This document shows, piece after piece, positions 10,254 through 20,249 of a DNA stretch of 64,000 nt (the stretch's first letter is position 1; the number at the start of each line of letters is the position of its first letter). The notes beneath the pieces were generated by a model. That model was not told the origin of the DNA and made no database searches. It was given only the letters and a program-made list of their open reading frames with translations. The translations under genes and the position numbers were made by a program. The DNA comes from Bacteroidota bacterium (GTDB taxonomy: Bacteria > Bacteroidota > Bacteroidia > Bacteroidales > FEN-979): NCBI GenBank assembly GCA_026391805.1, contig JAPLDJ010000024.1:170014-234013 (forward strand), in the 5' to 3' direction.

Positions 10254-10841
10254 ATGAAAAGAGACATTATTCTGGCCGGGGTTGGTGGCCAGGGAATTCT
10301 TTCAATCGCTGCCATCATCGGTTATGCAGCGCTGGAACAGGGACTGTTCCTGAAACAGTCAGAAGTTCACGGCATGAGCCAGCGGGGTGGTGACGTGCAG
10401 TCAAACCTCAGGATCTCGGATAAAGGGATCGCTTCAGACCTGATCCCTTTCGGAAAGGCCGACCTCATCATTGCCGTGGAGCCACTGGAAGCATTGCGTT
10501 ACCTCCCTTATCTTTCTCATGACGGATGGGTGATTACGAGCATACGTCCTTTTTTAAATATTCCGGAATATCCTGATATGGAAAAAGTGATGGAAGAGGT
10601 CCGGAAGTTGCCGCATTATGTGGCCCTTGACGCAGATGAGATTGCAAAAGAGGTGGCAACCGCCAAAGCCGCCAACATCGTGATCCTTGGAGCTGCTTCT
10701 CCGTTCCTGGATATGAATTACGAAAAGCTCGAAGATGCCATCCGCTTCACATTCCGCAAAAAAGGGGATGAAGTGATCGCGAAAAACCTCGAGGCTCTGA
10801 AAGCCGGCAGAAAATTCGCAGACGATCACATGAATTCATAA
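10254..10841 (+). CDS. iorB: Indolepyruvate:ferredoxin oxidoreductase, beta subunit
   Basis: 195-aa ORF with the 2-oxoacid:ferredoxin oxidoreductase gamma-like motif (ILAGVGGQGILSIA...GMSQRGG). It lies directly after iorA. Confidence 0.8.
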   Translation: MKRDIILAGVGGQGILSIAAIIGYAALEQGLFLKQSEVHGMSQRGGDVQSNLRISDKGIASDLIPFGKADLIIAVEPLEALRYLPYLSHDGWVITSIRPFLNIPEYPDMEKVMEEVRKLPHYVALDADEIAKEVATAKAANIVILGAASPFLDMNYEKLEDAIRFTFRKKGDEVIAKNLEALKAGRKFADDHMNS

Positions 10842-10898
10842 ATTTAATTTTTTTAATACCTTTACAGTTTGGCACTATTTCATAAAGAACGATAAAAT

Positions 10899-12086
10899 AT
10901 GAGGTTTTTACAACGAAAGACAGCACATTATACTGAGCCGCAGAAAGTTGAGAGGCTTGGCCTTTATCCGTTTTTCAGGGTCATAGAATCCGACCAGGAT
11001 ACCACGGTGACAATCCGCGGAAAAAAAGTGCTGATGTTCGGATCAAACAGCTATATGGGGCTGACGAATCATCCCAAGGTCAAGGAAGCTTCTATCAAGG
11101 CAATCGAAAAGTATGGCAGCGGCTGTGCCGGATCACGTTTTCTGAATGGCACACTTGATATTCATATAGAGCTGGAAAATAAACTGGCAGAGTATGTAAA
11201 AAAGGATGCCTCACTGGTATTCAGCACCGGGTTCCAGGTCAACATCGGCGTCATTCCTACGGTTACCGGCAGAAATGACTATCTCCTTATCGACGAGCTC
11301 GACCACGCCTCCATCATTGAAGCAACACGCCTCTCATTTGCAAAAGTTCTTAAGTTCCGTCACAACGACATGCACTCCCTGGAGCGGCTGCTGAAGAAAT
11401 GCGAACCGAACCGGATCAAGTTGATTGTCATCGACGGGATCTACAGCATGGAAGGGGATATTGCCAACCTGCCGGGAATTGTCAAACTGGCCAATAAATA
11501 TGATGCCACGGTCATGGTGGATGATGCTCATTCCATCGGAGTGATCGGGGAACACGGCTCCGGAACTGCTTCGCATTTCGGCCTCACCGACCAGGTTGAC
11601 CTGATCATGGGAACCTTCAGTAAATCCCTCGCAGCCCTTGGCGGTTTTATCGCAAGCGATTTTGATACGATCAATTACATCAAGCATCATTCGCGTTCGC
11701 TGATATTCAGCGCCAGTATCACTCCGGCTTCCGCGGCAGCTGTCCTTGCCGCCATCGAGATCATCAAATCAGAACCTGAACGGATGAAACACCTGTGGGA
11801 TATTACGCACTATGCCCTCGATAATTTCAAGCGGCTGGGTTTTGATATCGGTAAATCCGAAACTCCCATCATACCTCTTTATATCAGGGATAACCTGAAG
11901 ACCCTGAAGCTTACCAGGATGCTGCTCGACGAAGGGGTCTTTGTGAACCCCGTCGTTTCCCCCGCCGTCAGCAAAGACTCTACGCTGATCCGGTTCTCTT
12001 TGATGGCAACTCATACCAAAGACCAGGTGGATATCGCTCTCGACAAGTTTGAGAAGCTGGGGAAAAAGCTTGACATCATTCATTGA
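10899..12086 (+). CDS. PLP-dependent alpha-oxoamine synthase, serine-palmitoyltransferase-like (Spt / AONS / Kbl family)
   Basis: 395-aa ORF with family motifs: FGSNSYMGL, KYGSGCAGSRFLNGT, DHASI, SMEGD, VDDAHS, and the PLP lysine in GTFSKSL. The overall pattern closely resembles Bacteroidota Spt as I remember it. Confidence 0.8.
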   Translation: MRFLQRKTAHYTEPQKVERLGLYPFFRVIESDQDTTVTIRGKKVLMFGSNSYMGLTNHPKVKEASIKAIEKYGSGCAGSRFLNGTLDIHIELENKLAEYVKKDASLVFSTGFQVNIGVIPTVTGRNDYLLIDELDHASIIEATRLSFAKVLKFRHNDMHSLERLLKKCEPNRIKLIVIDGIYSMEGDIANLPGIVKLANKYDATVMVDDAHSIGVIGEHGSGTASHFGLTDQVDLIMGTFSKSLAALGGFIASDFDTINYIKHHSRSLIFSASITPASAAAVLAAIEIIKSEPERMKHLWDITHYALDNFKRLGFDIGKSETPIIPLYIRDNLKTLKLTRMLLDEGVFVNPVVSPAVSKDSTLIRFSLMATHTKDQVDIALDKFEKLGKKLDIIH

Positions 12087-12103
12087 TAAAAATAACGGGA
12101 GCT

Positions 12104-13231
12104 ATGGAAATCTCGATCAAAAAGGTCACCACCGGGAAGGACCTTCGGAAATTTATTGACTTTCCTTACCGGCTCTACAAAGAGAATAAGTACTGGTGTC
12201 CGCCCATGCGCATGGATGAGCGCAATACCCTGTCACGCAAAAAGAACCCGGCCTTTGACTTCTGCGAAGCAGAATATTTCCTGGCATACAAGGATAGCAA
12301 ACTTGTCGGCAGGATCGCCGGGATCATCAACCACAAGGCCAATGAACGCTGGAATGAGAAGCTGGTCAGGTTCGGATGGATCGATTTTATTGATGAGCCA
12401 GCCGTTTCTGAGAAACTGATCGCCACCGTGACCCAGTGGGGAAAAGAAAAAGGGATGAACGGCATTCACGGCCCCCTCGGTTTTTCCGACATGGACAATG
12501 AAGGGATGCTGATCAAGGGATTTGAAGAGGAAGCCACCCTGGCTTCGATATACAACTATCCTTATTACGTGGAACACATGGAACGCCTCGGATTCAAAAA
12601 GGCGGCCGATTGGGTGCAGTATGAATTTGAAGTTCCCCAGGAGATTCCTGATAAGGTTGAACGGCTTTCAGCGCTGGTCAAAGAAAAATACAAGCTCCGG
12701 CTGGTTGAGGCAAAAAAAGCGAAGGACCTTCTTCCCTATGCAGGTAAAATGTTTGTCATGCTGAACCAGGCATTCGATGAGCTCTATGGCTTTACGTCGC
12801 TCAGCCAAAAGCAGATGGACATGTACGTGAAGACCTATTTTGGGTTTATCCGGCCCCAATATGTCTCTTTTGTGGTCGATGAACATGATGATATCGTCGG
12901 CTTCGGGGTTTCGATGCCATCCCTGACAAAAGCGCTGCAGAAGAGCAATGGGCGCCTGTTTCCGTTCGGCTTCATTTACATGCTTCGGGCGATGAAGAAA
13001 AATGACACCATCGATATGTACCTGAATGGTGTCAGGCCCGATTATCATGGCAAAGGTGTGAATGCACTTTATTATAACGAGATGCATAAAGCTTACATCC
13101 GGAACCACATTACACGGGCGGTCACGAACCCGCAGCTGGAAGACAACGCCAAAGCCCTGACGATCTGGAAGAATTTTAACGGTCGTCAGCATCTCACCAG
13201 GCGATGCTGGATCATGCATTTCGAAGAATAA
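12104..13231 (+). CDS. GNAT-fold acyltransferase-like protein, paralog A (candidate N-acyltransferase / bacterial ceramide-synthase-like)
   Basis: I moved the start to the ATG at 12104 (MEISIKKVTT...), which matches paralog B (MEIEIRKVTT...). A GNAT motif-A-like segment is present (LNGVRPDYHGKGVNALYY). By eye it is roughly 60% identical to 14267..15388. Confidence 0.7.
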   Translation: MEISIKKVTTGKDLRKFIDFPYRLYKENKYWCPPMRMDERNTLSRKKNPAFDFCEAEYFLAYKDSKLVGRIAGIINHKANERWNEKLVRFGWIDFIDEPAVSEKLIATVTQWGKEKGMNGIHGPLGFSDMDNEGMLIKGFEEEATLASIYNYPYYVEHMERLGFKKAADWVQYEFEVPQEIPDKVERLSALVKEKYKLRLVEAKKAKDLLPYAGKMFVMLNQAFDELYGFTSLSQKQMDMYVKTYFGFIRPQYVSFVVDEHDDIVGFGVSMPSLTKALQKSNGRLFPFGFIYMLRAMKKNDTIDMYLNGVRPDYHGKGVNALYYNEMHKAYIRNHITRAVTNPQLEDNAKALTIWKNFNGRQHLTRRCWIMHFEE

Positions 13232-13262
13232 TATTTTCCTGTTTCACAAGCCGACCTTATCT

Positions 13263-14267
13263 ATGGATAATGTATTGATCACCGGCGCCAGCGGATTCAT
13301 CGGAAGTTTCCTTACCGAGGAAGGCCTTAAGCGGGATTACCGGGTTTATGCCGGCATACGCCGTTCCAGTTCGAAGGAATACCTTAAGGATGAGCGGATC
13401 CGGTTTATTGAGATGGATTTTTCATCCGTTGAAAAAATCGCTGATACACTTGAAGACTGTAAAAAACAGGGGATCACTTTCCGGTACATCATCCATAATG
13501 CAGGACTTACAAAGGCCCGGAAGAAGGACGACTACCAGCGTGTGAACTTCGTAAATACCAGGAATTTCATTGAAGCCCTGATAAAAACGGGGACAGTTCC
13601 TGAAAAATTCATCTTTGTCAGCAGCCTGGCTGCTTTCGGACCGGGGAACCCGGAAACCATGGCGCCGGTGCTATTGTCGGATACCCCGAATCCCATTGAA
13701 CTTTACGGAAAAAGCAAGCTGGAAGCAGAAAAGTACCTCAATTCGCTGGAATCATTTCCATGGCTGATCTTTCGCCCGACCGGTGTCTATGGCCCGAGGG
13801 AAAAAGATTATTATATTTTCTTCAAAACGATCAACCGCGGACTGGAAACCTACATCGGTTCCAAACCCCAGATCCTTACCTTCATTTATGTCAGGGATCT
13901 GGTCAGGCTGATCTTTGATGCCCTGCCTTCTTCCATCGTAAGAAAAGGGTATTTCGTTTCGGATGGAAGGGAATATGATACGCAGACATTTGCCGCCATA
14001 ACCAAAGAAGTCCTCGGAAAGAAAACAATACGGATAACCGTTCCGGCAGGACTTGTCAAACAACTGGCTGCAGGACTTGAGAGCCTATACAGCTGCTGGG
14101 GAGGCATACCAACCCTCAACAGGGATAAGTACAATGTTCTGGCAAGCAGCAACTGGCGTTGCGAAGTTGAACCCCTTCAGCGTGATTTTGGATTCAATGC
14201 TGAATACGACCTGGAGAAAGGTGTCAGGGAAACCATCGCCTGGTATAAAAAAGAACACTGGCTCTGA
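13263..14267 (+). CDS. NAD(P)-dependent epimerase/dehydratase-family (extended SDR) reductase
   Basis: 334-aa ORF with a Rossmann motif (ITGASGFIGSFL) and the YxxxK catalytic pair (YGKSKLEAE). Confidence 0.8.
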   Translation: MDNVLITGASGFIGSFLTEEGLKRDYRVYAGIRRSSSKEYLKDERIRFIEMDFSSVEKIADTLEDCKKQGITFRYIIHNAGLTKARKKDDYQRVNFVNTRNFIEALIKTGTVPEKFIFVSSLAAFGPGNPETMAPVLLSDTPNPIELYGKSKLEAEKYLNSLESFPWLIFRPTGVYGPREKDYYIFFKTINRGLETYIGSKPQILTFIYVRDLVRLIFDALPSSIVRKGYFVSDGREYDTQTFAAITKEVLGKKTIRITVPAGLVKQLAAGLESLYSCWGGIPTLNRDKYNVLASSNWRCEVEPLQRDFGFNAEYDLEKGVRETIAWYKKEHWL

Positions 14268-15388
14268 TGGAGATAGAGATCCGAAAGGTCACAACCCGAA
14301 AAGAGCTGAAGAGATTCATCCTTTTTCAACTCGGCCTTTATAAAGGAAACCCTTTCTGGTGCCCTCCCCTTATTTTTGATGAACTGAACACTCTCCGGAA
14401 GGACAAGAATCCTGCATTTGAATATTGTGAAGCCGAATACTGGATGGCATACCGGGAAGGCCTTCCTGTGGGGAGGATTGCCGGTATCATCAATCACAAG
14501 GCCAACCAGCGATGGAATGAAAACCTGGTGCGGTTCGGATGGATCGACTTTATTGATGACCCTGCGGTTTCTGCAAAACTGATCGAAACTGTGGCGGAGT
14601 GGGGCAGGGGCAAAGGAATGACCGGCATCCAGGGGCCACTTGGCTTTACCGACATGGACCCGGAAGGAATGCTGATCGAAGGGTTTGAGGAGATGTCGAG
14701 CATGGCCGCCATTTACAATTATCAATATTACCCGGAACACATGGTAAACATGGGTTTCGGGAAAGGCGCCGATTGGGTTCAGTACGACATGGAGGTGCCT
14801 GATGTGATTCCGGAAAAAGTTTCCCGTTCCGCAGAGATTGTCATGGAAAAATACAAGCTCCGGAAGCTGGCGGCAAAGAAATCAAAGGATATAAGGCCTT
14901 ATGCCAGGAAAACGTTCACGATGCTCAATGAAGCTTTTAATGACCTCTATGGCTTTGCCGCCCTCAGTGAAAAGCAGATTGACCTGTTCATCAAACAATA
15001 CTTTGGCTTCATCCGGCCCGAGTTTGTATCGCTTGTACTTGATGACAAGGATGATGTCATCGCTTTCGGCATCACCCTCCCGGAACTCACGACTGCCTTG
15101 CAGAAATGCAACGGAAGGATTTTCCCATTCGGCTTCCTGCATCTTTTAAGGGCCCTGAAAAAAAATGACACCATCCACATGTACCTCATCGGCGTTCGTC
15201 CCGACCACCAGAACAAGGGAGCCCTTGCGCTGGTTTATTATAGCCTGCACAAGTCCTACCTGGAACATGGAATAACAAGGGCTACCACGCATCCCCAGCT
15301 GGAGGACAACCTGAAAGCCATCTCCATCTGGAAAAATTATAATTCACGTGTGTACATCCGGCGTCGTTGCTGGGTGAAGCATTTTTAG
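14267..15388 (+). CDS. GNAT-fold acyltransferase-like protein, paralog B
   Basis: 373-aa ORF. Its start overlaps the stop of the reductase gene (TGATG). It aligns along its full length with 12104..13231, sharing NPAFEYCEAEYW, GRIAGIINHKAN, LVRFGWIDFIDD, GPLGFTDMD and GVRPDHQNKG. Confidence 0.7.
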   Translation: MEIEIRKVTTRKELKRFILFQLGLYKGNPFWCPPLIFDELNTLRKDKNPAFEYCEAEYWMAYREGLPVGRIAGIINHKANQRWNENLVRFGWIDFIDDPAVSAKLIETVAEWGRGKGMTGIQGPLGFTDMDPEGMLIEGFEEMSSMAAIYNYQYYPEHMVNMGFGKGADWVQYDMEVPDVIPEKVSRSAEIVMEKYKLRKLAAKKSKDIRPYARKTFTMLNEAFNDLYGFAALSEKQIDLFIKQYFGFIRPEFVSLVLDDKDDVIAFGITLPELTTALQKCNGRIFPFGFLHLLRALKKNDTIHMYLIGVRPDHQNKGALALVYYSLHKSYLEHGITRATTHPQLEDNLKAISIWKNYNSRVYIRRRCWVKHF

Positions 15389-15457
15389 GGATGTGGGATA
15401 TGAGATGTGAGATGTGAGATGTGAAATGTGAAATGTGAGATCTGAGATCTGAGATGA
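15389..15457. repeat. Drifting 7-bp tandem repeat, about 10 units
   Basis: The units read gggatgt gggatat gagatgt x3 gaaatgt x2 gagatct x2 gagatga. They begin right after the stop codon at 15386-15388, in a convergent intergenic spacer. Confidence 0.9.
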
Positions 15458-15468
15458 GTGTCTGGTAC

Positions 15469-15503
15469 AAAAAAAGCCGCCCCATTCCGGGAGCGGCTTT
15501 TTC
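15469..15503. terminator. Bidirectional rho-independent terminator
   Basis: The sequence aaaaaaGCCGCcCC-attcc-GGgaGCGGCttttt forms a GC-rich stem flanked by an A-run and a T-run. It sits between two convergent genes. Confidence 0.7.
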
Positions 15504-15522
15504 AATTTTTGTGGGATACGGT

Positions 15523-16965
15523 TTACAGTTGATCCCACCATACGCGTTCCCATATCTGCCAAGGTGAATTGGGGATCACAGGAGTGTTGGTGTTGTATGT
15601 CTGTTCATCAACAGAATAAGGAAATCTTCTCGGGATCTCAGCCTTGACGCCGGCCGGGTTGGGTGTCAATCCGATCACATTGTTGGTCCTTCTCCAGTCG
15701 TTGAAAGCTTCCAGTTGGTAGTACATGGCAATCCACTTCTGGCGCATGATCTCGGTGAAAATAACATTCACGGCTGCATCCGGAATTGCCTGGATTGCTG
15801 CATCGTATGCTGCAATATAAGGGGCCTGGAAGGCATCCCATTTCATCATGGATGCGGTCACGGCTGCAACAAGTGTTGATTTTACATTTGTCATTGAGCC
15901 TCCGGATTTCAGCAGGGCCTCAGCCTTTATGAACAGTACCTCCGTGTTGGTGATGAACTGTACGGGTGATGCTTCATAGGCAACTGCTACACCCGGCCAG
16001 GAGATCTCAGCTCCGCTGCCTGCATAATTAAATGGGGCGCCGAGGAAATCACCATCGCCATTGGGGTCGGCATAAGAACCGAGACGTGGATCGAGACGCC
16101 CTTTAAGCGTGTCGATCAGGGTTGAATGCATCTGGACATCGCCTCTTTCATATTCGAAATTAAAGAACGGATTGGAATAAGGCATGGATGTGAAAACAAA
16201 ATCACAGTCATCCGCATTCGCTGCAATAGCGCCGCTGTCGATAAACCGCAGTGCATCAGCATATGCTGTATTTCCGGGGACTTTGGACAAGTGAAGCGCA
16301 TAACGGGCTTTAAACGCCCATGCAGCTGCCAGCCACTTGGAAGCACTGCCGCCATAGATAAGGTCACGGCTTGCTGAGGATGACGTTGCCCTCAGGTGTA
16401 CGATGGCATCATCCAGCAGGGCCTGGATCGTTATATAGATCTCCTGCTGTGAGTCAAATTTCGGCTGAAGGTTTTCAAAACCCAGGAATGATTCTGAATA
16501 GGGTATATCACCCCAAACATCCGTAGTGACACCCAGCGTATTGGCCATCAGAACTTCAGCGATTCCTTTGTAAACATGCCCTACGCTTGCTTCAGCAGGC
16601 AGTGCCAGCTTAACATCTGCCTTATTCATGATCTGAACAAGGTCGGTCATGGTGGTGGAATAGTTGGAGTTCCACAGGTTGTTGATATCAGAGTTGTTCA
16701 ACAGGTAATTCTGCTGGATGGCTGACTGACGTGCCATCCCGTTGATGTATTGCATCCACATCGAAACAACCCGGGCATTATCATTGCCGCCAATAGTATT
16801 ATAGGCCATATTGGTTTCAGCATAGGCCAGGAGAACGCTCATATCCACGTCGGGAGGTGAATCTTTATAGGTGTTGACATTGGGATCGATCCACTTCTTG
16901 CAGGAGCCGAGTGCCAGGATGACCAGCAACAAGATCCCGATAAATTTGAAGTTTATTTTTTTCAT
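15523..16965 (-). CDS. susD: SusD/RagB-family nutrient-binding outer-membrane lipoprotein
   Basis: 480-aa ORF with a lipoprotein signal (LALGSCKKW). It lies immediately downstream of a SusC-like gene and has a typical SusD-like C-terminus (...NDWRRT...PRRFPYS). Confidence 0.85.
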   Translation of the reverse strand: MKKINFKFIGILLLVILALGSCKKWIDPNVNTYKDSPPDVDMSVLLAYAETNMAYNTIGGNDNARVVSMWMQYINGMARQSAIQQNYLLNNSDINNLWNSNYSTTMTDLVQIMNKADVKLALPAEASVGHVYKGIAEVLMANTLGVTTDVWGDIPYSESFLGFENLQPKFDSQQEIYITIQALLDDAIVHLRATSSSASRDLIYGGSASKWLAAAWAFKARYALHLSKVPGNTAYADALRFIDSGAIAANADDCDFVFTSMPYSNPFFNFEYERGDVQMHSTLIDTLKGRLDPRLGSYADPNGDGDFLGAPFNYAGSGAEISWPGVAVAYEASPVQFITNTEVLFIKAEALLKSGGSMTNVKSTLVAAVTASMMKWDAFQAPYIAAYDAAIQAIPDAAVNVIFTEIMRQKWIAMYYQLEAFNDWRRTNNVIGLTPNPAGVKAEIPRRFPYSVDEQTYNTNTPVIPNSPWQIWERVWWDQL

Positions 16966-17003
16966 GACTCTTTGTTTTTTAGTTTTTTAACAACTTTCTT
17001 ACA

Positions 17004-20000
17004 TTATAAGGCAAGGGTCAGGCCGAGGGTATAACTTTTCGTTCCCGGCATGTTGAAATAATCAATACCCTGTGCATTGGAATTACCCAAAAGGCTGGTT
17101 TCAGGGTCCACTCCGCGGTAATGGGTGAATAGCAGGAGGTTTGTTCCCGTGAAATAGACTTCAAGTCCCTTGATAAAGGTCTTGGCCAGCAAATGGGTAA
17201 GAGAATAAGAAAGCGTGATGGTGCGCAGACGGACCCATCCGGCGTCTTCAATGTTGTCAAAAACAGGTCCGCTGAAACCGTTGCCAACATTATTGACAAC
17301 CCAGTCCTGATCTTTCTTGACTGGTTTTGTGTTCCATTCACCTGTTGGATTTCCATTATTATCAACGACAACACCTTCATAAACGTACCAGTCATTCCGG
17401 TCAAGTGTTTCTGCGGCTGTTCCGAAGTACTGGATTGCTCCCCGGGTGCCGTTCCACATTTTTCCACAGTGTTTGATATCGATCAGGAAGGCGAATGAGA
17501 GGTCTTTCCAGCGAAGCATGCTGCCGATTCCCATGGTCCAGTCGGGGTCGACGTTTCCAAGGGGGATCAGGTCTGTACCTGCAATCGGGTATCCATCCTG
17601 TCCGATCAGGGCATTCCCGTTTGCGTCGCGCTGCCAGTCGGTTCCGTAAATGGTACGATAGGGCTGTCCGACTTCTGCACGGATCTGGCAACTCTCGAAC
17701 CCGCCAAGGAAGAGGCTGTTGATGCCGGGGGCCAATGCAAGAACCTTGTTGCGGATCCGCGAATAGTTAACGGTGAGATCCCATTCCCAGTTCTTCGATT
17801 TGATCGGGATGATCTCTAAGGTCAACTCATTACCCGTCGTCCTCATGGAAGCAGCATTGGTATACATGGTTGCATAACCGGAAGAAGCTGCGACCGGTGC
17901 GTTGAGCAACAAGTCCTCGCCTTTATTATTAAAGTAGGTATAAGAGAGAGAGATCCGGTTCTTCCAGAACTTCAGGTCTGTTCCCACTTCAAAGGATTTC
18001 GTTTTCTCAGGTTTCAGTTTCTCGTTTCCAAGTCCCGGGCCCCAGGTATATCCTGAAGTGTTGTTGAACGGGAATGGATCGCCGGTCGTCCAGCCATCAT
18101 TAATGGTGTACTGGTTAAAGGTGGTCGAGGTATAATAAGGAGCTGCATCTTTTGCAACAATGGCATAAGAAACCCTGATCTTTCCGTAAGGAAGAACCTT
18201 GTTGTCCTTCAGAGGTTCAAGCTGAGTAAAGATCCAGCCTGCCCCGAATGACGGGTAGAAGAATGAATTGTTGGATTTCGGAAGCGTGGTTGACCAGTCG
18301 TTACGTCCGGTAATGCTCACGTAAAGCATGCTCTTCCAGGATAATTCCAAATCTCCGTAGAATCCGGCTCTTCTGATCTCCCTGGTTGATTCCCCTACGG
18401 ACTGACTTTCGGTGTTGTTCATGTTGAAATAATCCTTGAACAGAAGTCCGTTGGCAGTACCTTGCAGATTGTTGTAATAAAGCTGGGCCACGTTGTTTCC
18501 AAGGATGAAATGCAGGTTGAAATCCTTTGCAAAATCCTTGTCGATGGTCATGATAAGGTCTGAATTGAAATCCTTGTTGGTTTCCATGGTTTCAATAACA
18601 CGGCCGGACGGAGCTGTTGCAGATCCGATGGCAATCTCGTCATTGACCTTGCGTCCCCACCAGTCAACACCCAGGCGGTATGAGAAGCTTAACCATTTGG
18701 TGGCGAAATAATTGATACCAACATCACCGATCAAACGGTTTGTCTTGTCTTTGTAATGATTCATGTTTGCAGTCCAGTAGGGATTGTCATACCCGCCGCC
18801 ATGACGGTAACTTCTCTGTTTCCCGTCGGCATAATAGTTACTGCCATAGATTACATAACCTGCTGAGTTGTCAAATGTGGGAGGCGTCCTGAGCAGACCC
18901 AGCATAACGCCGGAGGTATTGGATCCCTGCTGGACACGGTTGGCATCTGTTATGATGTAATTGGCATTCCCGGAAATCTTCCACTTGTCGGATAATTTTG
19001 TGTCTCCGGAAAGTTTAAATGTGTTCCTGCGGAACCAGTTGTTGGGAACAACCCCTTTGCTCTGGTTATCCGAAAAACTGAAATAGAAAGTGGTGATATC
19101 GTTACCGCCGGTAAGGGCGATAGAGTTGTTGGTGGTTATACCGGTCTGAAAGAAGTCATAAGGGTCATAAACATTGACGGCTGCTCCTGTAGGATTGGTG
19201 GGCTTGCCGTTTGCATAGGAGGTTTGATTTTTACCTATGATGGCTCCGTCAGGGTCATAAAGCGGCCAGAAGTTCGCTGAACCCGGTGGTGTACCGGTTG
19301 CAGGTCCGTTATAGGTATTATCATAGGTACAGGTATCAATTTTGGGCCCCCAAGAGATCCGGTTTCCGGATGACCACTGTCCGTAAGATCCCTGTGCGAA
19401 TTCTTTCTGAAGCTGTGGCACCTGGCTTATCTTGTCAAAGGTTACGGAAGAGTTAAAGTTTACATTGATCTTTTTACCCGTTCCGGCTTTTCCCTTCTTG
19501 GTGGTGATGATGATGGCGCCTGATGCAGCCCTTAATCCGTAGAGGGCCGTGGCAGCTCCACCTTTCAGGACGTTCATGCTTTCAACGTCATCCGGGTTGA
19601 TGTCGATGGCACGGTTGGAGGTTGCCACTCCGTCAACACCCTGTCCGGAAATAACATCACCATATGTACCACCGCTGTTGTCGATGGGAACCCCGTCAAC
19701 AACGAACAGTGGCTGGTTATCTCCTGTGATCGACTGAACCCCGCGGATGGAGATGTAAGAACCTGCTCCTGCAGTACCTGCAGATTGGATGACCATGACG
19801 TCGGACACCCTGCCCTGGAGGGAACCGATGATATCGCCCTGGGCAGATTTCGAGATTTCATCAGAACCCACATTCTGCACTGAATAACTCAGGGCCTTGG
19901 TTTCACGCGGAATACCGATGGCGGTCACCACGATCTCATCCATGTTCATTACGTCCGGCTCCAGCACCATGTCCATGGTATTGGATTCCCCGATTTTAAC

Positions 20001-20249
20001 TTCCTTTGTCTTCATACCTACATAGGAGAAGACCAAAACATCATACTTGCCGGGTACGGAAAGTACATATTTACCGTCAACATTTGTTGTTGTACCAATG
20101 GTGGTACTTTTAACAACAATGGTCACCCCCGGAATCGGCGATTTGTCTTCCGAGGAAGTGACAACGCCGGATATGACCCGTGTTTGTGCAAGTACGCCTT
20201 GCAGTCCTGCCAAAAGAAGTAAGGCAAGGACCAGTGTAAATTTTCTCAT
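17004..20249 (-). CDS. susC: SusC/RagA-family TonB-linked outer-membrane protein
   Basis: 1081-aa ORF with a signal peptide and a CarboxypepD_reg domain (ISGVVTSSEDKSPIPGVTIVVKSTTIGTTTNVDGKY). The plug carries the SusC signature (IRGVQSITGDNQPLFVVDGVPI), followed by a beta-barrel. Confidence 0.92.
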   Translation of the reverse strand: MRKFTLVLALLLLAGLQGVLAQTRVISGVVTSSEDKSPIPGVTIVVKSTTIGTTTNVDGKYVLSVPGKYDVLVFSYVGMKTKEVKIGESNTMDMVLEPDVMNMDEIVVTAIGIPRETKALSYSVQNVGSDEISKSAQGDIIGSLQGRVSDVMVIQSAGTAGAGSYISIRGVQSITGDNQPLFVVDGVPIDNSGGTYGDVISGQGVDGVATSNRAIDINPDDVESMNVLKGGAATALYGLRAASGAIIITTKKGKAGTGKKINVNFNSSVTFDKISQVPQLQKEFAQGSYGQWSSGNRISWGPKIDTCTYDNTYNGPATGTPPGSANFWPLYDPDGAIIGKNQTSYANGKPTNPTGAAVNVYDPYDFFQTGITTNNSIALTGGNDITTFYFSFSDNQSKGVVPNNWFRRNTFKLSGDTKLSDKWKISGNANYIITDANRVQQGSNTSGVMLGLLRTPPTFDNSAGYVIYGSNYYADGKQRSYRHGGGYDNPYWTANMNHYKDKTNRLIGDVGINYFATKWLSFSYRLGVDWWGRKVNDEIAIGSATAPSGRVIETMETNKDFNSDLIMTIDKDFAKDFNLHFILGNNVAQLYYNNLQGTANGLLFKDYFNMNNTESQSVGESTREIRRAGFYGDLELSWKSMLYVSITGRNDWSTTLPKSNNSFFYPSFGAGWIFTQLEPLKDNKVLPYGKIRVSYAIVAKDAAPYYTSTTFNQYTINDGWTTGDPFPFNNTSGYTWGPGLGNEKLKPEKTKSFEVGTDLKFWKNRISLSYTYFNNKGEDLLLNAPVAASSGYATMYTNAASMRTTGNELTLEIIPIKSKNWEWDLTVNYSRIRNKVLALAPGINSLFLGGFESCQIRAEVGQPYRTIYGTDWQRDANGNALIGQDGYPIAGTDLIPLGNVDPDWTMGIGSMLRWKDLSFAFLIDIKHCGKMWNGTRGAIQYFGTAAETLDRNDWYVYEGVVVDNNGNPTGEWNTKPVKKDQDWVVNNVGNGFSGPVFDNIEDAGWVRLRTITLSYSLTHLLAKTFIKGLEVYFTGTNLLLFTHYRGVDPETSLLGNSNAQGIDYFNMPGTKSYTLGLTLAL

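Noticed and set aside
15282-15562. Small minus-strand ORFs (15282..15485, 15344..15562) encoding HISHFTSHISHLISHI-like peptides
   Set aside because: They are simply translations of the 7-bp tandem repeat and terminator in a convergent spacer. They overlap the ends of two well-supported genes.
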